Shown here: positions 1 through 11,800 of the stretch, in pieces
Layout: each line of letters begins with the position of its first letter
Position numbering within the stretch: the first letter of the stretch is position 1
Translations under genes and position numbers: made by a program
Assembly: GCA_049724395.1 (NCBI GenBank)
Contig: JAUGWO010000136.1
Coordinates: 124,001 to 188,000, forward strand
Source: Spongospora subterranea f. sp. subterranea
Taxonomy: Eukaryota
Length of the DNA: 64,000 nucleotides
Reading direction: 5' to 3'
The notes under the pieces: model-generated
Databases searched by the model: none
What the model saw: only the letters and a program-made list of their open reading frames with translations
Told to the model about the DNA's origin: nothing

Positions 1-19
1 TCTCAAGTAATGGGTCCTT

Positions 20-1343
20 TTATGATCCCAAGCCGGGTGACTCCATGTCAGAAAAGAGTTTTACTGCGTTGCCGATGTTTTTAAGCATGTCACTGGCAAC
101 CATGGAGAGGCCGTACTCATTGAACGTCAGCAAAGATGCCTGGCGAACGACGATACAAGCTGCAAGTGCGGCTTCAACAGATGAATGGTTCTGAGACCTA
201 AGACTCCAACCTAACATCGTAGCGCATATCCCAGACAGTATGTCTCCTGGATGGATGTAATTTGTATGAATCTGGTGTCTTGACTAAACAATATTTACCT
301 TGACCACTGACACGACGTCTGCTGCCCTTCCAGCCGCATACCCATGTACGACTACCGTCCGAAATAACGTCTTGATATCCTATTCAGAGTTGAATGCGAG
401 GGCATCAATGAAATTAATCTCAGCAACCTTTGCGAACAATAGTGGATCCGGGATATTTCTGAGCTAAGGCAACCGTATCTTGAACATATGAATTATGGTT
501 TGCCTTGACCTACAAGTTATGATAACTCAATGCGGGCATCCAACAATGCAAAAAAGGAACAACTTCAGCAAAAAGTAGACCTTCACCGAGCATATGAGGG
601 CATGGACTAATTTCACGGGAAGGCGTATCCATCGACTTATTCCATAACATTTGAAATTCAGAAGCGTTTGGAGTCATGATTACATTATTCCACTTTGTAA
701 TCGGCAAAGACGACAAATCACAATGAAGACCATCGCCTAAGATGGTGATTTCAGAAATTCCATTTCGGATAATGAATGGAAAGTGTTACCATCGATTATC
801 AATGGCTTATCATTTTTTCTGCTCGCGGCCATAACGTTCCAAGCTACATTCTGAACATCGTCTTGACGCCCAAGTCCTGGTCCGATTACAATGACATGCG
901 CCGTTCTCAGTCTCTCAAGTTGCGGGTGCCATTCATCAAAAACCACATCAAAATGCTCTGGGTAAGGCCGGACAATAATATCGGGGCTGTACGACTTGAT
1001 TGCGCTCGACGCATCTCGATGGCAGCAGATTATAGCCAGATCAGCTCCAGCTCTGGTTCAGCAATAGATCATCATTGAAAAACGGCATGCGGAAGGGTAC
1101 TTCGTAAGGACCTTAATGCTGACTTTGCAGAAAAATAGGGCGCCCCCGTATATTCGATTGAGCCGCCGACTACTGCCACCTTTCCTTTTCAAAGGCGTAA
1201 TCATATCAAGCTCATGGTGTGGCGATTCTCATGTGAAGACGGTTACCAGATGAGCCTTTGTATCCCGTGTCCTGCAATACAGGTACAAACCGACTGAGGT
1301 TATTCATCACCATCCGATCAGCCCGCTTCATATCCGGAATCAT
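20..1343 (-). CDS. NAXD: ATP-dependent NAD(P)H-hydrate dehydratase (YjeF C-terminal/CARKD family), multi-exon
   Basis: Spliced exons give GYKGSSGKVAVVGGSIEYTGAPYFSA, IKSYSPDIIV, VIGPGLGR, PLIIDG, IMTPNASEF and a C-terminal ASDML, all diagnostic of the family. Introns are GT-AG. Confidence 0.9.
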
Positions 1344-1403
1344 GTTGGGGTGTGTGTCTGTCTTAGGATAGTTCTACACAAGAGAGTCTACCCGGGGTAG
1401 TGA

Positions 1404-2098
1404 GTGGTACAGGTGTAGGTGTAGCGTTATTTACCAACTCCGTTCACTTGACGCTGTTCATGTGGTACAGGTGTAGGTGTAGCGTTATTTACTCACTTGA
1501 CGCTGTTCATGTGGTACAGGTGTAGGTGTAGCGTTATTTACTCACTTGACGCTGTTCATGTGGTACAGGTGTAGGTGTAGCGTTATTTACTCACTTGACG
1601 CTGTTCATGTGGTACAGGTGTAGGTGTAGCGTTATTTACTCACTTGACGCTGTTCATGTGGTACAGGTGTAGGTGTAGCGTTATTTACTGTTATTTACTC
1701 ACTTGACGCTGTTCATGTGGTACAGGTGTAGGTGTAGCGTTATTTACTCACTTGACGCTGTTCATGTGGTACAGGTGTAGGTGTAGCGTTATTTACTGTT
1801 ATTTACTCACTTGACGCTGTTCATGTGGTACAGGTGTAGGTGTAGCGTTATTTACTGTTATTTACTCACTTGACGCTGTTCATGTGGTACAGGTGTAGGT
1901 GTAGCGTTATTTACTCACTTGACGCTGTTCATGTGGTACAGGTGTAGGTGTAGCGTTATTTACTGTTATTTACTCACTTGACGCTGTTCATGTGGTACAG
2001 GTGTAGGTGTAGCGTTATTTACTCACTTGACGCTGTTCATGTGGTACAGGTGTAGGTGTAGCGTTTTTTACCAACTCCGTTCACTTGACGCTGTTCAT
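1404..2098. repeat. Minisatellite/VNTR of 13 tandem units, core GTGGTACAGGTGTAGGTGTAGCGTTATTTACTCACTTGACGCTGTTCAT (49 bp), with 58- and 59-bp variants
   Basis: Counted directly. Unit lengths are 58,49,49,49,49,59,49,59,59,49,59,49,58. The 59-bp units duplicate GTTATTTACT, and the first and last units carry an extra CAACTCCGT. Confidence 0.97.
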
Positions 2099-2530
2099 GT
2101 TCCGACTCAGTTTGTGAACCCCTTTCATCATTCCCTTTTGTTCATTTCATCAAACGAGTCCGTTGTGATTAGGGGAGCTACTACCGCCTGCCTAAACACC
2201 ATAATCTCTTCGATAACCAACACGAACCTGTCTCCAGTTAGAGGCTCGTGATGAGATCACTATGAGTTGTTGAACCGCGCTCAAACTTATGAACCGAGAC
2301 GTTGAAAAAGCATATTGGGGCTCCAAGAGCTTCTCAGGGCAACGCCAAACAGGAAAGGCAGATCCTAGAATTTTTTCACATTTCTGCAATTGTAAAAGCA
2401 GAAAATGACTGGTTCGAGGTTGGCGATCAAGAGTGGTTTTCGGGCCAAAACCGATGAACCACCAACGCGAATGGTATGGTATACAGAGGTTCGCGGGTTC
2501 TTATGGGTCGGGTAATCCTGTGTACTACCA

Positions 2531-2532
2531 NN
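2531..2532. other. Assembly gap/ambiguity (NN)
   Basis: Two N bases in the sequence. Confidence 0.99.
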
Positions 2533-2961
2533 ACATCTATTGCAATGAATCACAATTTTACAATCGCATCTACATTCATGACAGCCAGCTTAAATCGATG
2601 TCATATCGTGAGAAATAGGGTTCCCACTGTTAGAATCGGTTATGCGAACTGGCAGGTTGCTCATTTTGCATTTCGTATTTTTTACTGGTGGAAGATTTTT
2701 AATAACCAGTTTTACTATTTTTGTGTTATATTTGATTAGCATCGTTGGTCGACGTTGATAATTATAGGAAATGCGATAACAGCCGAAGAAGGCCTCAACA
2801 GGGAAACTCGCCTAATTACCTTTCGATAGTTCGAATTTCGTAATCTATCGTCAAAATTGTTGGACTAATTAGCACTAAGCTCGACATTCTATGAAATATA
2901 TACCATAAGATCGTCCACCATCTTGCAAAACTCGGCCCATCTTCGTTCAATATCAGTCCTT

Positions 2962-5398
2962 TTACTCAATTTGAATGTGTAATTCTGTTTCAAGACCAGG
3001 TCCCGTATCCAGATTCCAAACTCGGGCATATCTGAACAAGTCAAGCATTGATGAAGCTGTTTGATTCAGAGTGTCTATCAGGTGGGCCCTACTCAACATT
3101 AGCTTATAGAACATTTCACTCGAAAGAACATAGACATCGCAGAACGATATCGCTGTCACCGTTGCCGTTCGTTTACATGAGAGCATTAGTGAGATCTCCC
3201 CGAAGAAATCGCCCACATTAATGCCTTTCCGGTAGGATCTTCCGTCAGCCCCGTTCCAGTTAACAATCGCCCTGTTGAAATGCTCAGACATGGCGCCACA
3301 TTGTTGATAATGCTCTTAATGTCCAACCTGCCAGATTTCAGAAAATACATCTCAGAACCGGTATCCCCCTAAACGGGCTTGATGAGACCCTGGCATTCTT
3401 TGTCCATTCATTGACAATTACCTCGTGCATGATGACGTCTTGTGGGCCATATATCTGATGATGTAGCACCTCCAATATTGCTCTAACCATGTCCTCCTTT
3501 TGACCTAGTGGTTCTATTTGGTGGTACTGAGATGGCATTTTCACATTATGATTACCTTGCAGTACCGGGATATGATGAACTATGTCTTTATTGACGAAGG
3601 CGGCAACTTCAGCTTGCAGAGCGGGTGACAAATCATCAGTAATGGAGGGATCAGTAAAAGGGAATGTCCCATATTGGCGATAGCAATAGTCAAAATACGA
3701 TAATAACCTGGTCTGCATCTCTTTCGGTAGGTCCTCCTTCGTCATAAACAGCTTCAGATTCCGAATGTGCCCTTTGAAATCGGCCTCAGCCGAGCCCCAT
3801 CCCGATAATATGCTGGAAATATTGCCAATAAAATATGCAAACATGGTCACCGAGAAAACCATCAAACATATGGCGTAAGTCTGAAAACGAGCAGGAATCA
3901 ACAATGGACATGAGGTGGATTATGTTGATAAGTACTCTTTCAACATCACCGGATCCAGAGACGTCCCCGAACCCAACAGTGCACATTGTGGCGACAACAA
4001 AGTACAGGGCGGTGATGTATTGTTCGGTTCGGGTTGTGATTGGGATCGGATACTGGTCGATCCACGATGGCGTTCCATCGACGGCGTCAAGAGCGCTGGT
4101 GAATATCCATAGGCAAGCGAATATGTGAGCACTGGCAATGGCTAGACCTGATACGGCAACGAGACTAAGAATCGACCACAAGAGTAGAATAATACGAGTC
4201 GATACCGATTGATTTCAACACTCGAATTCCCTGGTTATTGTTGTTGACGTATTTTGAGAGACGTAGCAGGCGCACGATTCGCATGACGCGGAATACTTTG
4301 ACAAAACGGAGAATATTCGATGCTCCGCTTGCCCCCGACGACATGATTATGATGTCATATGGAAAAAAAGTGAGGACATCGTATGCAAACCACCCTTTTA
4401 GATACGCGATTGCGATCTGCCTGATCAATCGGTTAAACGATATGCCAGTAATGATTGACGCGGGTTTCAGACCTAAAGTCAAATGAGATCTTTTCGTGCT
4501 GGATGGTCAAGGTGAGGAAACTCAGGAGAATTTCGACCAGGAAGCACGAATCAAACACCAACTCAGTAGCCGCCAGAGATACTGACAGCTCGTTGTACTG
4601 CTCAAACGCGATGCGAATTGGGAGAACAGCAGCGAAGTACGCTATGGTCAAAACTATAAACCCATTCCAGAATTTCCTCGCATCCGCTTCTGGATGTAAA
4701 AAGAGATATGGGAATAGGCTCTTATTGTCAAGAGGGACTTCGACCTTGCCAACAAGAAACAGGCGAACGCGCCCGAAATTCTTATACGTCAAACGATATT
4801 GAGCATTCCTTCCAGAGAGGGCATTCATGAAACTTGATCGTCTTCTTGGGTCTTGATTCACGTCTCGAGTCGACAAGGTATTGAAGAATTTACTGAATGA
4901 ATGGGTATGCGTCACTGGATTGATTCGTGATCCACCGCCATTGTTCATAGTTTTACCGATATTTGGAGGGGAACCGCTCACATCTGGTTCATTTCGCCGA
5001 ATGAATGGAATTACCGTTGATTGCGCATCAGCGTCGTCAACCTGTCCAGGAGCATTTCCGGCCAGCTGATCAGCTAATGGCACCGACATTCGCCTTGTAC
5101 TGCATCGCTGGTTCAAGCTCTCGTTGATACTGCGAAGGGCTTTTTCGATGTTTTTGCTACTGCCAGCATCGCTGACGTCAAGGCTGGAATTCGCGAATGC
5201 CTGCTTGATTTCCTGCCAATTATTCAACAACTCCTGCAGTACTTCGATTGAATTGTTCTTTTCAATCTCCTGCAGGAACTCCATCGCCATTACTCTCGAA
5301 GGGTCATCAGCGGACATCGCCTGAATGAAGTCATTAAAGCTGGCATACAGGGTGTCTGCTGCAACATCGTCGGTGTTGGCTTCTGAAACCACGTCCAT
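2962..5398 (-). CDS. Cyclic-nucleotide-binding voltage-gated K+/cation channel (KCNH/HCN-like); 3' end may extend to about 2735
   Basis: S4 LRFVKVFRVMRIVRLLRLSK, pore YITALYFVVATMCTVGFGDV, C-linker DLSPALQAEVA and cNMP cassette GDFFGEISLMLSCKRTATVTA. Confidence 0.9.
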
Positions 5399-5756
5399 GT
5401 GATATGTGAAAGAGAGAGGTCTGATCGTGAAGTACCCAATCTACCCCCCTCTACCCAATATAGCCCCCATTTCTATTCCGATAACCTCCATGGCCTTCGT
5501 CCATTGAACGATTTTCGGTGTCTGTCTTGTTGGACAGATGCCTGTTATCCCGACCATCGGCTCGTGATGTCCTAGTGCCAATGCCAGACGGTAGCTCCAT
5601 GTTATGGCCAGACTGGGAATAACACACTGGGTTATGCTGGTCCATCCCTGTACGTTACTGGGCTCTGGCCACAACCAGTATCACTGACAGCCAAAACAGG
5701 GATCTGGCCCATCCCTAATCTGTGATACTTGTCCAACCCAGATTCCCGCCCGTATT

Positions 5757-6299
5757 ATGATGTCCAACGCTAGGAATGAGACTGCGGAAAGAACGTCAAG
5801 AATATCCACCAGCGATGATGACGATGATGACGAACCTGGCGATTCCCAGTGCTCCGTGTCGGAAGGCATTCGAAAGAATCGACTGCCGCTGCGACGCTTG
5901 TCAACTGGGGAGCGCATTGAGCTGGCCAGGGAATCGTACTACGTCAATGTAGATATCGCAGACAGACCAGCACATTATTTCATGAAGAGCGCACCAGTGA
6001 TGAATGACGCCATTATCAAGCTGGCTTACAAGAGAGTATATGAAGATCGGTTGCTGTTAACTTTGTACGAAACGGACCCGGAATTTCGGGCAGCTGTGGA
6101 TGCTGGAGAGATCAGCTCCTCGGCCGCAAAGGAGCGCGCCCGACAAATGCGGCGATCTAGTGAATCATTCCAGCCGAAAAAGAGCCGGGCTGTCGCCGCG
6201 AAACAAAGCAGGTTGTCAAGAAAACGATTTCGGAAAGACGGACCTACGAGAGGACTACAGCACGATATTGACTCGTTTTATTCGACAATTGGCAATTGA
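5757..6299 (+). CDS. Hypothetical protein (180 aa, acidic N-terminus, basic C-terminus)
   Basis: Intronless ATG ORF with coding-like composition (poly-Asp, Lys/Arg-rich tail). No family recognised. Confidence 0.6.
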   Translation: MMSNARNETAERTSRISTSDDDDDDEPGDSQCSVSEGIRKNRLPLRRLSTGERIELARESYYVNVDIADRPAHYFMKSAPVMNDAIIKLAYKRVYEDRLLLTLYETDPEFRAAVDAGEISSSAAKERARQMRRSSESFQPKKSRAVAAKQSRLSRKRFRKDGPTRGLQHDIDSFYSTIGN

Positions 6300-7083
6300 T
6301 CAAGATTTCGCTTCCCATTTAAAATTAGAATAGCCATATTGTTTGGCGATATTTTGCATATTTCCCAGGTCGTCGCGGGTTCGAGCGCATTTGGACATCA
6401 GTTGAAACACCTCATCTTCGTCGTCAAGAACAATGCCGCGTTCCAGTAACTCGATGAATGTAGCCATCGCTTTCTCGACGTCTTTCGTCTTCCCATATCG
6501 CCGAAGCCGGATAATAAATGTTGTTCTATTGGGAATACAGTCGATGTCGTAGACCTTCAACAGATCCTCGTCGTCGCTTGATAGAATGAGATTGTGTGTA
6601 TGGACATCAGGGCGAACGCCATCGGCTTTCATGTTTTCCAAAAGAGCTTTCAACATGCCTCCAGAATGGACGATATCGTATCTTATTATACCGTTATAGG
6701 CCCATGCATTAACACAACCATGAGATTGAAATGATCTATTTAGTCGGAGGTTAGCTACCGTTTCGTGTTCTGGAACATCGGGCCGACCTAAATACGGTCA
6801 TCGCATCCGACGTAGCAACAGCGTTTGGAGATCGAGGAGGGATTCGTAACGCCTTTGCAAGCAGCTCCTCATACCGTAAATCTCGCTCATGGACGGCCGT
6901 TGGACTGGCTTTATTACTCGTCATTATCGATGATTGCGATATTTTCTCCAGATATTCCCTTTCCGTTTTCAGTGTTGAAAGAGGTGGTACGAGGGCCGGC
7001 TCTGCACCTGTTTTAACAGACCGGAACACTACTTTGCAGGAGTGCCTGAGTCGCCAAACCGGTCTTAACATCATATCATGCAA
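6300..7083 (-). CDS. Pentatricopeptide-repeat (PPR) protein, probably mitochondrial
   Basis: PPR-like motifs LLENMKADGVRPDVHTHNLILS and YGKTKDVEKAMATFIELLERGI. The N-terminus is Arg-rich and resembles a targeting peptide. Confidence 0.7.
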
Positions 7084-7408
7084 AAACGGCGTTCCCTTCA
7101 GCCTGTAAATTTCTCCGGTTCCGCCACAATTCTCAAATCACTCTGGCCAGAAGAGTCCGGAACCCCGAGACACAAACCCAAGATAAACGTGTGGCCAGAA
7201 AACGCATCTGAAACAGCCACACAGGGTTCAAATTACACGTTTTGCATTGCAACATGTTGAACAACGTTGAATGCCCTGGCACGATGCCTGGAATGGGGAT
7301 TTCTATAAGATGTGACATTGAATGATTTGGATAACTTTTTTTAACTGTTCGTTGGTCTAATAATATTCCATAAATGGGGAAGTTGATTTGATTTTAGACA
7401 CAGTTTAA

Positions 7409-8822
7409 TCACGTTGACACGCATTTGATATATCCTCCGACACCAAGTATTAAGAAAACGGCGGTCATCATTGTCAGGACGACCAGACCAGTAAAAATGA
7501 GTGTGACGTCGGTAAACATGAACGGCGTCATGATTACAATGTAGCGGAACAACAGGCACGAGTATAGAATCGATCGGATCGCTCCTGAACTGATTTGACT
7601 CAAGATGAACACCGACAGCATTGACCCCACGATCGTAGCAGGTAATGTGCACGAGAACAGTCTCAATGGCGTTGCTGTGGATGCGCTTGGCATCAATAAT
7701 AACCTCATCAGCGTGTTCAATATGGAATTTGATGCGGCAACCATAATCCCTGAACTAGTAGCGACCTATTGCTCGCCATCAGCCATGCCGGCAAACCATT
7801 GGACACGAACCGAGTCTGACCTGATCATTCAATCGGAAATAAAGCGATGCCATACAGAACACAGTCGTTGCTAAACCCATTCCCTGTAAACCGTTCATGA
7901 ATCCGCCTAAGAACCCGATGATAGCGATATCCAGCTGTTACAAAATATCAAATTGACTGATATACACTGATTGCACTCGAATTTTGAACCTTAACGGAGC
8001 CGTCCACTGTGGCGATGAACTGGAAATTTGGATCCCCAAATGCCGCATTGCATATGGCGACTGCAATACCGACAGCGGTCATGGTCGAACATATGAATAC
8101 AATGGAAAACGCAACCGTTGGCATCACGTCAATGTAAATTAGCAGATACCCAATAACAGAACCTAAACCAGCAAATAGGCCTGCGTAGAATACAATCCAT
8201 TTATCCACTTGTTCATTGACGTTGGACAAAATCAGTTCATGCCGTTAAGAAGTGTTAGGAACAATCGGTTACCTGGAAATCCTATCAAGATCAGATAGCA
8301 TGAAGAAAGGCATAGGCCCACCGAATCAGAGTACGAACCGAACAGGACATATTGCTGATTATCAAGGGGATCAATTCCTGGAAATGAGGAGATACTTTGT
8401 AAGATTGGCATGCTGGCGGTGGCAGTTCCAGCTGATAAAAAAGATGCAAATCCTCTTCCGGTGGCGAATAACCAACAATTGATCATTTCCTTAGTCGTCG
8501 CGTTACTCTGCAATCGCCACCTTTAAAATAAATTATGTTCTCTAACAGATGGCGGCCAAAGCATATAACCGCACCAGGAAAGACCGATTATCAACAATAT
8601 TACAGCAGTTAGCTTCGGGCAACGACTTGTCCTGCCGTAGAACCCAGTAAAGAACCTTTGGAGTTTAAGCAAAACTATTGGAGGGCGATTTTTGGAGCGC
8701 TGATGTCAAGTCATGATGTGAAATAAGTGGCAACAATGAACTAACCTGTTTTCTGACGTCCTCAAAGTTCCCATCATGGTAGCTACTCAAAGACGGTTCT
8801 TTTTCCTCGACCCCATGCCCAT
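7409..8822 (-). CDS. Multi-pass membrane protein, possibly TauE/SafE-like
   Basis: Several hydrophobic exons with Gly-rich TM motifs (AGLFAGLGSVIG, IIGFLGGFMNGLQGMG). The family call is tentative. Confidence 0.55.
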
Positions 8823-8850
8823 CGGCCTTCACACCCCTGTGCAGTCGTAT

Positions 8851-11800
8851 TCAATGATACGATGGTTCAAGCGCAGACAATGCGGACCGTAAGACATTAG
8901 GAATTAAACGAAGTAATACTCGGCTATGGTCGAACTCTTTGACAAGGCGCTGGAGAAAGGGCTGGCAAAACAGGAGGTAGATGACTGTATTGACGAGAAA
9001 GAAGACGACCAAGAGAGCGAGACTGGCTTGGGATATGCCAGCTCCTTTGGAGCCAATATCGCCCTAACAGGTATTCGACAATGTTCAACAACCCTATTTG
9101 ATACACAACAAGATCATATACTTGGCGAATTGCAATCAGAGAATTTAGGGCAGGAAATAGGAATTCATTATCAGCCCGCCATAGCATCACATAGTCTTTC
9201 GACAATAGAGTTTGTCTGGTCAGATCAGACACCGCTGTGGCAGATCGAGGGATTGGTAGGGCAGTGAACGATTTTGTAAACTTTTCTAACACGTTTGTCA
9301 ACCTGGCAAACATACATTGTTAAAAAACAGATAATCGTTTGAGCGAATGCAAATTCCTCCCTACGATGTTGAGTATGCAGCCAGAAGAACCTGCAACCCC
9401 AGCTGACATGAGCCGCTTGCGAATTGGCGACAATCCGGTACAGTTATAAAATCGCAGAGATCGCCAAACAATACTCCCCTATATGCTTCATTATTGTATA
9501 ACGCTGCTACTTGAGTTGACCCATCGCCAAACACAACCTGCAAAAATGACGACGATTCGGTTTTTCAGCACAAATTGATGAAACACGTCTCAATACGTAT
9601 TCAAAAGTTTGGCGTAAAGAGTCAAATTGATCTGTTATTTTGGCAGCAGCAGTAACACCGGGTTCGACAACATATTCGGTCAGGGCGAACAGGCATAATC
9701 TCTGCTGCATATGGACCTTATGTACCCTACATTCACATGCAGATCCTTAACCCTAAAGGTGCCAAGTTTTGAAATACAAGTTCCTGACATTTGCAGCGAC
9801 GAGTCAAACGAGTTTTGGTTAGAAGCGAGTATGACATGAACGGCAATATTGATAGAAAAATATACAACGTAGACCGTGATCATGTAGAAAATCTAAACCA
9901 TGTTCAGGTTACAAAGAAATAATGGAAAATATGCCACCTTTGTGATGAGACCAGAATCCCGACTTAATTTGCGATTGTTGGATAAGACCATGTTTTTGAT
10001 CCGACTTAGCCTAGAACGCTCTGATTTGCTCCTTGGCTTCCTCTCCGTGAATTCGTCTGGTAAATTATTTTCGTCAACGGCAATTCTGGCATCTAAGCCC
10101 ATTACTCCTTGACCAAGGACGCGGGTTTGATCCCCAGCGCTGGACAGTGTTTTCACTCTCGTCAACAGCGGTTCCATTTCTGAATGAATGGTTTCTGGAG
10201 GTAATTCAAAGAACCTATTCAAATTCATGCCAAATCGTGCTTCAGTCTCGTCAACGCGGTGATGAAATTGGCAAAGACCTCATGAATATTAGCGTGCTGT
10301 GCATAAAAATCTTCTCAACTGCTGGACGAAGCTCAAATATGCACATTAAAAACACGAGAAGGAACGCTATAAGTCCAGTCAACATGAACATCTCATCCAG
10401 GTTTTTCAGCTGCTTAGCGATGCTTAAATCTACCAGTGAAGTGAGATTCAGTATGGCTTCTTTGACGTCCATGACGCTGCCGACAACAAATCGCACAAAA
10501 GCGTTGGAATCTGTTCAGTTGAACATATTGAGCTCACAAAAAAAGTATTGACAAAACTTATGGATTGACCTGAAATGGTAGCTAGGGGCGCTTGGACTAT
10601 CTGTTCACCTTGAGCTGGAAAGGAATTAATCGCTTCTTGCAGTGACAACGAGCTACCATTGGAAAAAGACTGCGAATATAGAAACGAGATCTGAGCATTT
10701 ACAGACAGCCTGTTGATCCAAATATGAATGCTCAGGTACATGGGTCTCTAACGAAAAACTACTGACCACGACGACATTTGTTGTTGATTAATCGCGAAAA
10801 CAGTTGCCGATGACTGGTGCACCCTTTCCTTCATCTGTGCTTCAGTCTGATCAACTGTTAGAGATCGAGAAAGGAGTTCTAATTTCCTTGAAAATAAAGC
10901 GATTGTCACAATCTCCGTTACCCGTTGAACGTTTAGTTTTTGTTCGGATAGATAACTGTAAAATTTACCATCTATATAGGCATGAACAAGTATCAACGAC
11001 ACGATAAATTGAAGTAAATACAAATTCAACTAACAAAATACATCACAATAGATATAGTGCAAGAGGATTAGGGTACAGACACAAAGAAGTGCACATTGAA
11101 TAGAGCGTCGCAGCCAGAACACGATTACTTGGTCCTATATTGATGGGACTACGGTCAGATACCACCGTTGAATACCCTGCATTTGGAGAATACACGTCTT
11201 TTGGCAATCTCATGTTGATCAGCGGAGCTCGTTGCTAAGACTATCTTATTAGCTCAACTTCTTAAAAAACACAAGCTCCGCTATACCTGAACTTTTTGAT
11301 GAATTTGACACTTGAGACGGTGTCGATGTGCTTTTGGAAGTCTTCCCCATTTCGAGTTCAAGGTCGGACGAGTCGACCGTGGATGATTTCTTTCCGCTAC
11401 TTCTCTGTCGCATTACGTTCATCGGAGCGTTGCAGAACGTTTTCCCAGAATCGATGAGAGTCTTGTTAACTGCTGTTGTAATCACAGATGGGCCTCAAAG
11501 TTAATTACACAAAAGTTAACGAAATTGCTTCCACGTTCAACTCACTCCAAGTATCAGGATTGTTGCTGCTTTCATGCGTTATAATGGCGATTCGTAGAAT
11601 GTCAACAAATTGATCGGCAACCAAGTAATTGATATCAATGTTAATGTGCATTCGAAAGCGAGTAGGACCAATGACCTATCAACAACAGATTGGCGTTTCA
11701 GAAATTCTGATAAGCTATCTGAGAAAAAGAGCATACTTGGACGATTTCGGTCCATTGACGGTTCTTAGTCTGATTACTTAAAATCTTTTGGCGTAGCTCG

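Noticed and set aside
1404..2098. CRISPR-like array
   Set aside because: The units abut with no unique spacers, no cas genes are present and the context is eukaryotic. It is a minisatellite.
2027..2739. Short ORFs downstream of the repeat
   Set aside because: They are derived from the repeat or span the NN gap, and show no recognisable motifs.
8926..9267. 113-aa plus-strand acidic ORF
   Set aside because: It is the antisense shadow of the hydrophobic last exons of the TmcB-like gene.
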